Shown: positions 29,203 to 39,279 of the stretch, one piece after another | Layout of the letters: the number at the start of each line of letters is the position of its first letter | Position numbering within the stretch: the stretch's first letter is position 1 | DNA from: an uncultured delta proteobacterium | Lineage (GTDB): Bacteria; Myxococcota_A; Polyangia; Polyangiales; Polyangiaceae | Assembly (NCBI GenBank): GCA_963696385.1 | Contig: CAVOKF010000007.1 | Span: 1 to 64,000, forward strand | Length of the DNA stretch: 64,000 nucleotides | Direction: 5' to 3' | Position numbers and translations under genes: made by a program | The notes under the pieces: generated by a model | Seen by the model: the letters and a program-made list of their open reading frames with translations, nothing else | Told to the model about the DNA's origin: nothing | Databases searched by the model: none

Positions 29203-29565
29203 TCAGAACCATCGGGTGAGGAACGTCCGCCCGATACGCCGAGGTTCAGTGGCGTCTAGCCCTCCTCGCTCCCTGGCTCCAGGAGGCGGCGTCCCGCTGA
29301 TCGCGTTGGCGCCTATGGCGGTGGAGTAAACCAGGAAGCCGTTGAGGATGGCGACGAAGAATCCGGCAACACTCGGATGCGTGATGGCTACGGCCAGGAT
29401 CGACACCGCCTGAGCGACGGCCAGCGCCAACCACTTCGGGTTGTAGTCGAATGCACGCTGGATTCCGCTGCATATCACGTACGTCGCGGTGGTGGCGCCG
29501 CCCAACGTCAGGACACCTTGTATCGTGATCAGATCGTTCGGCGGCCCGCTCATGGCGTCGGTCAT
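29203..29565 (-). CDS. Small multi-pass membrane protein at the head of the caspase cluster
   Basis: About three hydrophobic segments and a basic tail ending RTFLTRWF. Same strand as, and 77 bp upstream of, the caspase ORF. Confidence 0.7.
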   Translation of the reverse strand: MTDAMSGPPNDLITIQGVLTLGGATTATYVICSGIQRAFDYNPKWLALAVAQAVSILAVAITHPSVAGFFVAILNGFLVYSTAIGANAISGTPPPGARERGGLDATEPRRIGRTFLTRWF

Positions 29566-29825
29566 CGGGGCGATTCCTATTCGGGTGCGGGTCCTACACG
29601 TGAGCGGGCCCGAGGCGCCCGGATCGTAGCGCACCGCGCTGAGAATCAACCTAGAAAAGCGCTCTTGCGCGGAGCCAGCGGCGGTGTACCGCTAAGCTCG
29701 CAGCGACCGGCGGTACGCCTTGACCTGCCGCGGCCAAGGCTAAGCTAAGGGAGGCAAAGAATCTCGGAACCGGACAACGCCGGAGGCCGCAGGGCTCCCG
29801 CCTTTGCGTCGCACGTGGCCTCTGG

Positions 29826-29910
29826 TGTAGACAGCCAGAGATTTCCGAGGGAATGTGGCCAGTAAGATCCGAGGCATTTTGGCCAGCAGTTTCCGAGGAA
29901 AGATGGCCAC
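29826..29910 (+). repeat. Probable transposon end: TGT followed by three 24-bp-spaced repeats
   Basis: TGTAGACAG then CCAG-N5-TCCGAGG-N5-TGG starting at 29835, 29859 and 29883. Confidence 0.5.
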
Positions 29911-29939
29911 GGAGAGCGAGCGCTTTGACTGTCGATGCG

Positions 29940-30283
29940 ATCAGTCGTCGCGAGCGAAGAGCTGCGGCAGCGTCGGCGAGGGCGTTGAGATCGGGACCGT
30001 CGCCGAGGACGTACGCGTCCGGTGGGGCACCGTGTTCGAGCGAGCGCGACCACTCGCGGTGAAGAGTACGCACGCGGTGTGGCGGGACGCGCGCCTGGAT
30101 CACGATTTGTCGCAAACTCATACCTTGCTCGAGCAGCCGAAACACGTGAAGCGGCTTCCTGCCCTTCGGTGCGGCGAAAGGCGGCGGCGGTTTTTGCCGG
30201 CGTGGCGAGTTTTCTGGGCCCGGCAAGCCAGGGCGCGGGACGGCGGCCGGGTCGACCGAGGGCGTCGACCTCGGCGAGGGCAA
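29940..30283 (-). pseudogene. Hypothetical HTH-like mobile-element protein, probably degraded
   Basis: VFRLLEQGMSLRQIVIQARVPPHRVRTLHREW within ORF 29651..30283. The ends look out of frame. Confidence 0.4.
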
Positions 30284-30553
30284 AGAGGCTCACGCCAGTT
30301 TGATTCTTGGCCTACGCCCTGACTCGCAGACGGTCGTCAGCGGACCGTGACCCGACCAGCACGCCCTGGGTGGTCATTTTTGCTCGGATCTCGTTGGCCA
30401 ATAACACTCTGGCGACATCGTGACGGCGAACATGGGCGCCACTTCGAGCAGACGCGCTTCGGAAGGCTCTGCGGACACGCACCCGAGCATCGGCGGCGCG
30501 CTCGCTACCATGATGGCGGACGGCGGCGGGCCGCTCAATCGACTCCCCCCGGG

Positions 30554-32433
30554 TCAGTCCCCGATCCCTCGGTCGAGATCCGGACGTACGACAAGTCGGC
30601 CTTTTGGATCGCGGGAGACCACGACCGACTTGCCCCGCATGGTACGTAGCGTGGTCGTGGTCTCGAGCACGCCGAAGCGCGAACCGTCCGAGATCACGGC
30701 GTACGAGGAGCCGCCGGGCGCCGCGTGGATTTGAACACGCCCGCGGAAGCGCTCCGGCAGCCGTCCGACCAAGGTCTGCCCCAAGCGCGCCGCCATTTGC
30801 TCTCCCACCGCCCGCCGCTCTCGTTCGCGTAGCGCGACAAGCCGACTCGGACCGTCCGGCGCGATGCCGAGCTGCCGCAACGTCTCGGCGCGTTCTTGCA
30901 CGGCGTGCCGCAGTTCCGCGCCGAAGCCGTAGGGCGCCAAGGCTGCCCCCTCGACACGATCCAACCACACCGGGCCGAGGTAACGAATCTGGTCGGCGAG
31001 CGACAGCGGCTCCTTGCGAATGAACAGACGATGTTTCGGAGGTGTCGCCCGGTGCCGCGCTTGCAGCTGTTCGAGGAGGTCTGGCGGCAGCGTCCAACCG
31101 CCCGGACCCGCCGGTGTCGCCAGTCCAAGACGCTCGAGTTCGCGCAGACGCCAACGGGCGGCGCGCTCCGTGGCGTCAACGGCTTCGAAATCGTGCGCGT
31201 AGACGCCGCCGCGCGCGCGGGCCACATGGGCGATGTGCCGGTCGACCGGCCGGATGGCACGCTCCGGTTGACTCGTCACGGACACGATGTCGCCAGGACG
31301 GAGGTCCTCGGCGGACCGCGGGTCGAGCTGGACATGGACCGCGTGGCCCGTTGGCGTCTCAATGACGGCGTACAGTCGACCCTTGAGCTCGTCGGACAAA
31401 CCTTTGCGCGCGACACGCCCCGTCACGACGCCGGCGTCCCCGGCGAGGCCAGGCTCGAGCCCCTCCCCTTCGCCCACGATCCGGTATCGGGCCGGGTCGC
31501 CGCGCACGGCGGCGTGAATCGGCTTGCCATCCGGGCTGGAGCGACCACGTGGAAGGCGACACGCGCTCGGCGAGCCGCATCGCCTCGAGGTGTTCCAGCC
31601 GCGCGACCAGGGTCGAGTCGTCGAACCGCCCAGGCCGCTGCCGAGACCGGACCTCGACCCGGTTGTCGACCGCGCGCCGTTCCAACTCGCGATCGAGCGA
31701 CGTGAAGCGCTCTTGGCTGATCTCCCGCGCATAGGCCCGCTGGATATCGAGGTCATGCCGTGGCCCGAGCTCCTCGGTCGCGATCTCCTGTGCGGTCCGG
31801 CGCAAAGCCGTTCGAGATGTACCCGCGGTCGAGCCGGAGCTCGCGACCGCTTCGGTCGACGCCCCGGATCACGAGATGCGCGTGGGGATGATCGGTATCG
31901 AAATGGTTGACGGCCAACCACTCGAGCTTGCGATCGAGATCGCGCTCGATCCGATCCATGAAGCGCCGGACGTACGCGGTGAGATCCAGTTCCGCCGCGT
32001 CTTCCGGGGACAGGATGAACCGAAATTGGTGCCGCTCCCCGGCACGTGGCTGCTCGAAGGTCTCGACCCGAGCCGGCTCGTCGGCCGTGTACGCCACGCC
32101 CTTGGAGCCGTCCTTTTCAACACCGTCACGCTCGATGTACCGCAGATGCAACGCCGCCGCCTTCGCGCCGCCGGCCCCCAGGCGCGCGACGTGCACCTTG
32201 ACGACCGCCCGGCGCGCACTCGCATCCGGTCGCGCCACGGCGACGCGCGAGCGCGCGACTCGCCGCTGCGCCGTGCGGGCGCTCCGCGCCATCTTCGACA
32301 AAAGTGCGCCGCGAAACGAGCTTCTTTCGCCGCGAGGCGCCCGTTTTGGCCCTCGCCCCATCCGAGGCCTGAAAATAGGGAGATCGTCGCGGTCGATCAC
32401 GAATAGCTCCACCTTTTCATGATGGCTTTCCAC
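30554..32433 (-). pseudogene. VirD2-like/DUF3363 (RlxS-type MOBP) relaxase with two frame breaks
   Basis: RRAVVK, HLRYIERDGV, HQFRFILSPED and NHFDTDHPHAHLVIRG (3H motif) in 31753..32433; QEIATEELGPR/ERFTSLDR in 31359..31805; GRVARKGLSDEL and VWLDR...PYGFGAE in 30554..31520. Confidence 0.9.
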
Positions 32434-32439
32434 ACGTTA

Positions 32440-32545
32440 TCGAAGTCGTGGAGCTACGGCATAGGCCCATAGCTCTATACTTTCCTAAGTAATTCTGAAA
32501 ACTTAAGACACGCGTAGCTCTAATCCTTTATCTTGCCCTTCGCTT
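32440..32545 (+). promoter_or_regulatory. Putative oriT with a MOBP-type nic site
   Basis: AT-rich tract upstream of the relaxase containing CTTTATCTTG/CCC (TATCTTG at 32529-32535), matching the YATCYTG/Y nic consensus of RP4/T-DNA-type relaxases. Confidence 0.7.
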
Positions 32546-32570
32546 CGCTCCGGGTTTGCCCCTCTCGACA

Positions 32571-32960
32571 GACACCACGGCAGACACTTTTCCGACTGTT
32601 GTTCCGTCACTCGAACGACACCACGGCAGACACTTCTCCGACTGTTGTTCCGTCACTCGAACGACACCACGGCAGACACTTCTCCGACTGTTGTTCCGTC
32701 ACTCGAACGACACCACGGCAGACACTTCTCCGACTGTTGTTCCGTCACTCGAACCACACGACGGCAGACACTTTTCCGACTGTTGTTCCGTCACTCGAAC
32801 CACACGACGGCAGACACTTTTCCGGCTGTTGTTCCGTCACTCGAACGACACGACGGCGGACACGTTGCGGACTGTGTTGCGTCACCCGACGGACACCATG
32901 GCGGACACGTTGCCGACCGTTGTTGCGTCACTCGAACGACACGACGGCGGACACGTTGCG
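32571..32960. repeat. 46-bp tandem array, about 8.5 copies, degenerating rightwards
   Basis: Unit GACACCACGGCAGACACTT(T/C)TCCGACTGTTGTTCCGTCACTCGAAC at 32571, 32617, 32663, 32709, 32755, 32801, 32847 and onward, with no spacers. Confidence 0.95.
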
Positions 32961-33258
32961 GGCCCTGCGCCGCATCCAACGGTATCGGCTACGCACGCGG
33001 CAGGTTAACGCACCGACGTGCGCACGGGCAGGTGCAGCGCAGCCCTTACCGCCACCGCGTTTGCGGGCAGCGTTTGCCGCGACTTCCCTGCCCGGTGTCC
33101 AACCAGACCGCAGCGGTCTTTTCGTCATGGCTGCGCGCTCGCTGGCCTTCTCGCAGAGGTGTTGTCTGTGCACCAGTCGATCCCGTTCTTCGGCGACAGC
33201 CGGATGCCGTATGCTCAGGGTGGTTCATCGCGGAGCCTTGGATCCCGGGACCGCCCCC

Positions 33259-33543
33259 ATGTCGATCGGTTCCTCCAAGCCCCGTTTCACGGACAAGCAG
33301 GGCCAGTATCCCGCGTTCATTCATACGTACGTCCTGGTGCGCCGTCGACCTCCCGCCGAGGCCGACATGCAGCGCTACTTCGGCGTCACCCCCCCTTCCG
33401 TTCATCGCATGGTCGTGGAACTGGAACCACGCGGACTGATTCGCCGTCTTCACAGACAGCCCAGAAGCATCGCCCTTCTCATTCACGCTGGGGAGATCCC
33501 TTCCCTACGGCCGCACACGATCGAAACGGGTGGGCGCGGATGA
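33259..33543 (+). CDS. Small LexA-N/MarR-like winged-helix regulator
   Basis: FTDKQGQY.AFIHTY...PPAEADMQRYFGVTPPSVHRMVVELE..GLI...PRSI. Confidence 0.8.
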   Translation: MSIGSSKPRFTDKQGQYPAFIHTYVLVRRRPPAEADMQRYFGVTPPSVHRMVVELEPRGLIRRLHRQPRSIALLIHAGEIPSLRPHTIETGGRG

Positions 33544-35219
33544 AGCATCAGCAGGTACCCTCGCTGCACGTCGCGGTGCGCGCCGGCGCGTCGGTGCATG
33601 AGGCGCTGAAGACGGCGCAGCTGTGGGAGCTGCGCGAGGCGCTCGAGGTCGCGGTCGAGCGTGACGATCACGAGACCGCTCGGATCCTGCTCGCGCACGG
33701 CGCGTGGGTGGATCATGCCGGCCGGCGATGGGGCCGGCGCGGCGGCGCGATGCACGCGGCACTGTTGCTCGGGCGCAGCGTGCCCATGCTCGAGGTACTG
33801 CTCGACGGCGGCGCGTCGATCGCCACGCGCGACATCGAGGGGCACACGCCGCTCGCGATCGCGGTGCGCGTTGCCCGCGACGATGCCGCGGCGCTGTTCC
33901 GCAGCCGCGGCGCACATGACACCGAGGCAAGCGACGCGGATCGCCGGATCGGCGCGTGCGTGCGGGGTGAGCGCCCGACCGGCACGGCGCGCTGGCGCCG
34001 CGGCGACCACCAGCACCTATGCTGGGCGGTGCGGACCCACCACATCGCCGCGATCCCGGCGCTGCTCGCGATCGGGCTCAACCCCGATGTGCCCGACGAC
34101 GACGGAGAGACCGCGCTGCACCTCGCCGTGTCGGCCGGATCGATCGAGGCGGTCGACGCCCTGCTCGACGGCAACCCGCGTGTCGACGCGGTCGACTTCC
34201 GTAGCGAGACGCCGCTGACACGGGCGGTTCGCGACGGTCACGACGCGATCGCCGACCGGTTGCGGCGCGCCGGCGCGGTACCGCAGCAGCCGGTCAATCT
34301 GGCGGAGGCGTTCGAGGAGGCGGCCGATGCCGTGGTCAACGGCGATGTGACGCGGCTGACCGCGCTGCTCGATGGCGAGCCGCGGCTCGTCCACGCACGG
34401 TCGCTGCGCGAGCATCGCTGCACGCTCCTTCATTATGTGGGTGCGAACGGCGTCGAGCCGGAGCGCCAGCGCTCTCCGCCCAACGCACCGGCCGTGGCGG
34501 AGCTTCTCCTGGCGCGGGGCGCCAATCCCGACGCGCCGGCGATCCTGTACGGCGGCGGGGACACGACACTTGCCCTCGCAATCACCAGCGCGTTTCCCGA
34601 CCAGGCCGGCGTCATGGCGGACCTCGTGCGCGTGCTGGCCCGCGGCGGCGCGAGCGTCAACGGCCCCGACGGCGACGCCACGCCGATCCGCTACGCGCTG
34701 CCGTCCGCGTGGGCGGCGCTCGTCGAGTGCGGCGCGCTCGTCGATCTGTGTGCGGCCGCGTCGCTCGGCCTGTTGGATCGCGTCCGGCAATTCGTGGCGC
34801 CCGACGGTGGTGTGCAGGAGGGGGCTCGACTCGGGCCGCCGCGGCCGGCTCAGGAGGTCAAGGACGAGGCGTTCTTGGCCGCGTGCAAGGCGGGCCAACC
34901 GGCGATCGCGGCGTACCTCGTCGACGCCGGTGCGCGCATCGGCGTCCAAGGCAACCAGGGCATGACCGGCTTGCACGAGGCGGTGTGGCGCTGCAATCAT
35001 CCGACGGTGCGGATGCTGCTCGAACGCGGCGCGCCGCTCGAGGTCCGCAACGACTACGGCGGCACCGTCCTCGACTTCACGGTGTGGGTCATTGGCCATC
35101 AGTCGGGCAAGGGCCGCGACTGGCGCAGCCTCGTCGACATGCTGATCGCGGCCGGCGCCGACGTCGGAGCCGCGGGCGGTCGCGCCGCTATCGAATCGGC
35201 GCTGCATTCGGCGGATTAA
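33540..35219 (+). CDS. Ankyrin-repeat protein
   Basis: GHTPLAIAV, GETALHLAV, ETPLTRAV, TLLHYV and GMTGLHEAV repeats; ATGA-coupled to the regulator. Confidence 0.9.
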   Translation: MKHQQVPSLHVAVRAGASVHEALKTAQLWELREALEVAVERDDHETARILLAHGAWVDHAGRRWGRRGGAMHAALLLGRSVPMLEVLLDGGASIATRDIEGHTPLAIAVRVARDDAAALFRSRGAHDTEASDADRRIGACVRGERPTGTARWRRGDHQHLCWAVRTHHIAAIPALLAIGLNPDVPDDDGETALHLAVSAGSIEAVDALLDGNPRVDAVDFRSETPLTRAVRDGHDAIADRLRRAGAVPQQPVNLAEAFEEAADAVVNGDVTRLTALLDGEPRLVHARSLREHRCTLLHYVGANGVEPERQRSPPNAPAVAELLLARGANPDAPAILYGGGDTTLALAITSAFPDQAGVMADLVRVLARGGASVNGPDGDATPIRYALPSAWAALVECGALVDLCAAASLGLLDRVRQFVAPDGGVQEGARLGPPRPAQEVKDEAFLAACKAGQPAIAAYLVDAGARIGVQGNQGMTGLHEAVWRCNHPTVRMLLERGAPLEVRNDYGGTVLDFTVWVIGHQSGKGRDWRSLVDMLIAAGADVGAAGGRAAIESALHSAD

Positions 35220-36038
35220 CGTGGGTCCTTCGCCAATAGGCATTCGAGTTTGTGAGCGAGGTTTTTTGAGCGGCGGTGGCGATCGATGTTGCCATCGTGG
35301 CACTCGGCAGTTCCCGCGCGTCGCCGTGCGGCACGATGGCCCGCAAGCGCTCCGTCTCGGTGCGGCGAGCTCCCCCCGCGGGGCCGAGACGTCAATCGGT
35401 CGTGTCCGCGAGGAAGCGTCTCGGATGCCTTCGACTCTCTCAGCGGACCCCCCCTAAAACCAAGAACGGGGAGCAGGATGAAGCCCAACCCTCCCCCGTT
35501 CGGCGCGCCCAGCGCGAGACCACAGCCGTAACGAGTCGCCACAGCGTCGGCCAAGATCGGATCATCGTTCGGGTTCTGTCCGTCCGAAAGGTCCGAAATA
35601 AGTGTCGGCTACTGCGCCTTGATGGAGTCGATGGCTTTGCAGGCGGTCCCCGCTGCCTGAAGCGGCACCGCTCCGTTCGCCTGCATCAGACCGCCAAAAT
35701 CTGTCAATGATCGAGCTGCTCGGATTCATTCGTCACGTCAGCCTGCGCTGGCTGCAAGCGTCTTTCTTCTTGCCGAGCGAATGAACGCTGCGCCCCTCGT
35801 GCATGCGAGAGTCGAGACGACGGGGGCTCATGGCGGCGGTGGCCAAATACTCGTTCGGCAGTCACGCAGCTCTCGAGTGCCGGTGGTGGAGTCACCCGCG
35901 GCGCGGAAGGGCGACGACCTTGCCGCCGCTGGGCAGCTGGACGGCGCGCGATAGCGGCGCATCGCGACCGAACGGGGATCATCGTGGGTCGCAAACCTTC
36001 GAGCTAAGGCTTTCTCATCCTCTCCTTCCTGCCGCTTT

Positions 36039-37178
36039 TCACGGCGGTCTGACGCAACGGAAGCCGAGGATGTAGGCGTCGCGGTTGTCGGGGAAGTCGT
36101 TGTTGCGGTACGGGGGAAGCAAGTGCGTCGCGGGGCCGTCGAAGCCGCCGCCCCGGACCACCCGGGTGGAAGCTGTCGTGAGATAGGCACAATTTGTGCA
36201 CGGATCGACGTACGTGGCATACCAATCCAGGTTCCACTCCTTGACGTCCCCCGCCATATCCAGCTGACCCCAGTAACCAGCTCCCAGCGGCGCCGTGCCC
36301 ACCGGCGCGATGCTGTTCAACGCGTTCGTACAGGCCCCGTAGTCGCAGTTGTAAATCGCGTACTGGTTCGCCGTCCCCGGATCCGTCGAACCCCACGGGT
36401 ACTCAAGCTGCTGGCTACCCCCCGCCGCTACGTACTCCCACTCCGCTTCGCTCGGCAAAAAGCCCCCATCCCAAATACAAAACGCGTACGCCTCGTACCA
36501 GTCCACGCAGCGGATCGGCAGATTCTCTTGGCTGCCCGCCGCGCTCGTCCACGTCGGGTAGTTTCCAAGGCAGCTTAGGTTCGTGTTCCAGGTGACCGCC
36601 GCGCCAGCCCCCGTGGCGATGTACGTGTTCCAGTCGGTCGCGTCCCAGCCCGTCTCGTACGTCCCCGCGCTCCCGCTATTGGCCAGGCCCTGCCCCTCGT
36701 TCAAGTACGTGTGAATGCCGCTGCCGTTGGCGGGTGGGGCGCCGGTGTTGCTCGTCACGTAGTTCACGTATTGCCGGAACCGCCCCACCGTCACCACATA
36801 CTTGTCCATCCGGAATCCGCTCACCGTCGCTGGATCCGCCAAGTCGGGCCAGCCGCCGTCCGGAGGTCCGCTGGTTGACAATTGCGTATTGTATGTCCGG
36901 TCGTACGTTCCCCCCGGCACCTCCAAGCTCGTGCAACAGCTCTCGCTCCCGCTTCCCCCGGGGCCGCAGTTCGTCATTCCCGGGCCGCCGGGCTGGCAGC
37001 TAGGTGGGATAATTACTGGGCCGGAAGAGCTGCTCGTGGAGACGCTCACACCGCTCGAACCGGCCGCAGCGGACATGCCGGCAAGCTCGGTCCTTGCGCC
37101 GCATCCATTCGGAACGGCAACGACCAAGATCGCCGCCGTCATCGCGCGCATCAGCGTTTGGAATCCAACGGCGCTCAT
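36039..37178 (-). CDS. FGE-sulfatase (SUMF1/EgtB-like) domain lipoprotein
   Basis: Lipobox-like VPNGC; MDKYVVTVGRFR, VDWYEAYAFCIWDGGFLPSEAEWEY, DMAGDVKEW, RVVRGG and GFRCVR. Start is approximate. Confidence 0.88.
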   Translation of the reverse strand: MSAVGFQTLMRAMTAAILVVAVPNGCGARTELAGMSAAAGSSGVSVSTSSSSGPVIIPPSCQPGGPGMTNCGPGGSGSESCCTSLEVPGGTYDRTYNTQLSTSGPPDGGWPDLADPATVSGFRMDKYVVTVGRFRQYVNYVTSNTGAPPANGSGIHTYLNEGQGLANSGSAGTYETGWDATDWNTYIATGAGAAVTWNTNLSCLGNYPTWTSAAGSQENLPIRCVDWYEAYAFCIWDGGFLPSEAEWEYVAAGGSQQLEYPWGSTDPGTANQYAIYNCDYGACTNALNSIAPVGTAPLGAGYWGQLDMAGDVKEWNLDWYATYVDPCTNCAYLTTASTRVVRGGGFDGPATHLLPPYRNNDFPDNRDAYILGFRCVRPP

Positions 37179-37801
37179 TCCGCTCCAGAGCAATATCCGG
37201 TGAGTCGACCGCAAGCGCAAGGACCGCTGCGCGAAGCTCGACGACAGGGGCATTTGAATTTGGGGGACATTGCGGCCGCGCTCTCGCTCGGAGTGGTGAT
37301 GTTGCGTCCTTGACGGCGACGATCGGCGTGTCGGCTTGCACGCCGTGGAAGCGCTCATCTTTGGACGGTCGAGGATGGACCTCCTTCCCAAGTGATATCG
37401 ATTCGTAATGGCAACGATCCATTCGATGGATTGGAGAGCCGTTCGACGGGACGACGGTCCGTCGTAGGGGCCGTGAGCCATCTCGACCGCCCCTTGGTCG
37501 TCCACCCGTTGCCGCCTCGGCACGCCTGACCATCACACCAATGATTATGAGCACTTAGTTCGGACATTCCTTTGGCGATTGCGCTGGCCCGAGAATTGCT
37601 GTACGCGTGGTTCGTGCACCTTCGTCTGCGCGTGTAGAGCGCCTTTCGGTCAAAGCTACTGAGCAGCGCTGGGCCTAAACGGCTAATGCGCTTTCGGTCG
37701 GGCCTTTGAGAGTACGCGCCGCACTCGGCACGATGGGTGTCGTACGCCCGAAGACTCGCTTTCTTCAAGGGTTTTTGCAATCCGCGATCGGGGTGGGCGT
37801 G

Positions 37802-38053
37802 ATGGACAGCCACAATGACATTCTAGCGATGCTCGCCGAAGCGGCGGGGGTTGCGGTCGAGGGCGACGTGCTGACGGTGGAGGAGCTTGCCGCGCAGCTG
37901 CGGGTCAAGCCCAAGACCGTCTACGCGGCCATTCGACGCAAGCAAATCCCCGGCATCCTGCGCGTGGGAAGACTCATCCGCATCTCGCGATCGAGCGTGC
38001 TAGCTTGGCTTGCCGGCCAAGATCGCGAAGCTCGCTCACGGAGCCAACGATGA
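37802..38053 (+). CDS. Excisionase-like HTH_17 protein
   Basis: VLTVEELAAQLRVKPKTVYAAIRRKQIPGILRVGRLIRI; ATGA-coupled to the integrase. Confidence 0.88.
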   Translation: MDSHNDILAMLAEAAGVAVEGDVLTVEELAAQLRVKPKTVYAAIRRKQIPGILRVGRLIRISRSSVLAWLAGQDREARSRSQR

Positions 38054-39183
38054 GCGTGCGCAGCGAACGGCGCCGAGACAAGGTCTCGGGCAAAGTACGG
38101 GAATATTGGATGGTCCATGTCGTAATCCAACTGCCGGATGGACGGCTCGTGCAAGCGCGCAAGGCACTTTCGAAAACGAAGGTGAACAAGCGCGAGGCCG
38201 AGGCGTACGAACGGCGACTGCGGGCGGAGATGCTCAATCCGACCGCGGTGAAGCCAAAGGAGGTCCCCACACTCAAACAGTTCTGGCCGACGTTTCTCGC
38301 ATGGGCGAAGGGCGAGCGGCACAAGGCGAGCGGAATCCACTCGAAGGAGTCGATCTACCGGGTGCACCTGGCGCCCGCGTTCGACTCCAAGCGGCTCGAT
38401 CAGATCGATGACGCGGCCATCACGCGCATCAAGTGCAAGCTCGCTACCGCCGGCCGCAGCCGCAAGACCGCGAACAACATTCTGGGCGTGCTGTCGAAAG
38501 CCCTGCGGCTCGCGGTCAAGTGGAAGGTGCTCTCGCAGATGCCCTGCGAATTCAACCTGAAACCAGTCAAGAACATCCGCATCGACTTCTACGAGTTCGC
38601 CGACTACGACCGGCTCGTCGACGCCGCCGGAAAGGTCGGAAGCCGCTACGCGGTTCTCGTGCTTCTCGGCGGCGACGCGGGGCTACGACGCAGCGAGATC
38701 ATCGGGCTTCGATGGTGCGACGTGGACTTTGCAAGAGGTCAGCTTCGCATCGTGCAAGCGCAGTGGAAGGACACGGTCGACACCCCCAAGAGCGACAAGC
38801 CGCGCATCGTTCCGATGACCGACGCGCTGACCGATGCGCTCAAGAGGCACCGGCATCTTCGCAGCGAGCGGGTTCTATGCTTGGACGACGGCAAGCCGGC
38901 GCCCGGGCATGTGCTTCGCGACTGGCTGGAAGCGGTGCAGCGCCGGGGCGGGCTCGAGGTACGGGGGAGCCTTCATAAGCTCCGCCATACGTTTTGCTCG
39001 CACCTGGCGATGCGTGGCGCGCCCGCGAAGGCCATTCAGGAGCTGGCCGGGCACGCCGATCTGGCGACCACGATGCGGTACATGCACTTGTCGCCGACGG
39101 CGCGTGACAGCGCCATCGCGCTGCTCAACGTGCGCAACCACAGCAACATAGCAGCAACGATCGGTAGCGAAATTCGTAACTAG
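38050..39183 (+). CDS. Tyrosine recombinase/integrase
   Basis: GLRRSEIIGLRW, TPKS, HKLRHTF and LAGHADLATTMRY (R-K-H-R-H-Y intact). Ends 23 bp from the tRNA 3' end. Confidence 0.95.
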   Translation: MSVRSERRRDKVSGKVREYWMVHVVIQLPDGRLVQARKALSKTKVNKREAEAYERRLRAEMLNPTAVKPKEVPTLKQFWPTFLAWAKGERHKASGIHSKESIYRVHLAPAFDSKRLDQIDDAAITRIKCKLATAGRSRKTANNILGVLSKALRLAVKWKVLSQMPCEFNLKPVKNIRIDFYEFADYDRLVDAAGKVGSRYAVLVLLGGDAGLRRSEIIGLRWCDVDFARGQLRIVQAQWKDTVDTPKSDKPRIVPMTDALTDALKRHRHLRSERVLCLDDGKPAPGHVLRDWLEAVQRRGGLEVRGSLHKLRHTFCSHLAMRGAPAKAIQELAGHADLATTMRYMHLSPTARDSAIALLNVRNHSNIAATIGSEIRN

Positions 39184-39206
39184 CTGAATTGCTTATGGAA
39201 AGAGAG

Positions 39207-39279
<73 letters not shown>

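Noticed and set aside
30312..30550. Possible VirD4/TraG coupling-protein remnant after the relaxase (ANEIRAKMTTQGVLVG)
   Set aside because: Too short and degenerate to support.
32571..32960. Possible CRISPR array
   Set aside because: The units are contiguous 46-mers with no unique spacers, and there are no cas genes in the window.
35220..36030. Short ORFs between the ankyrin and FGE genes
   Set aside because: No recognisable motifs or consistent coding signal.
37802..39183. Prophage
   Set aside because: No structural, terminase or lysis genes; a relaxase and oriT point to an integrative mobilisable/conjugative element instead.
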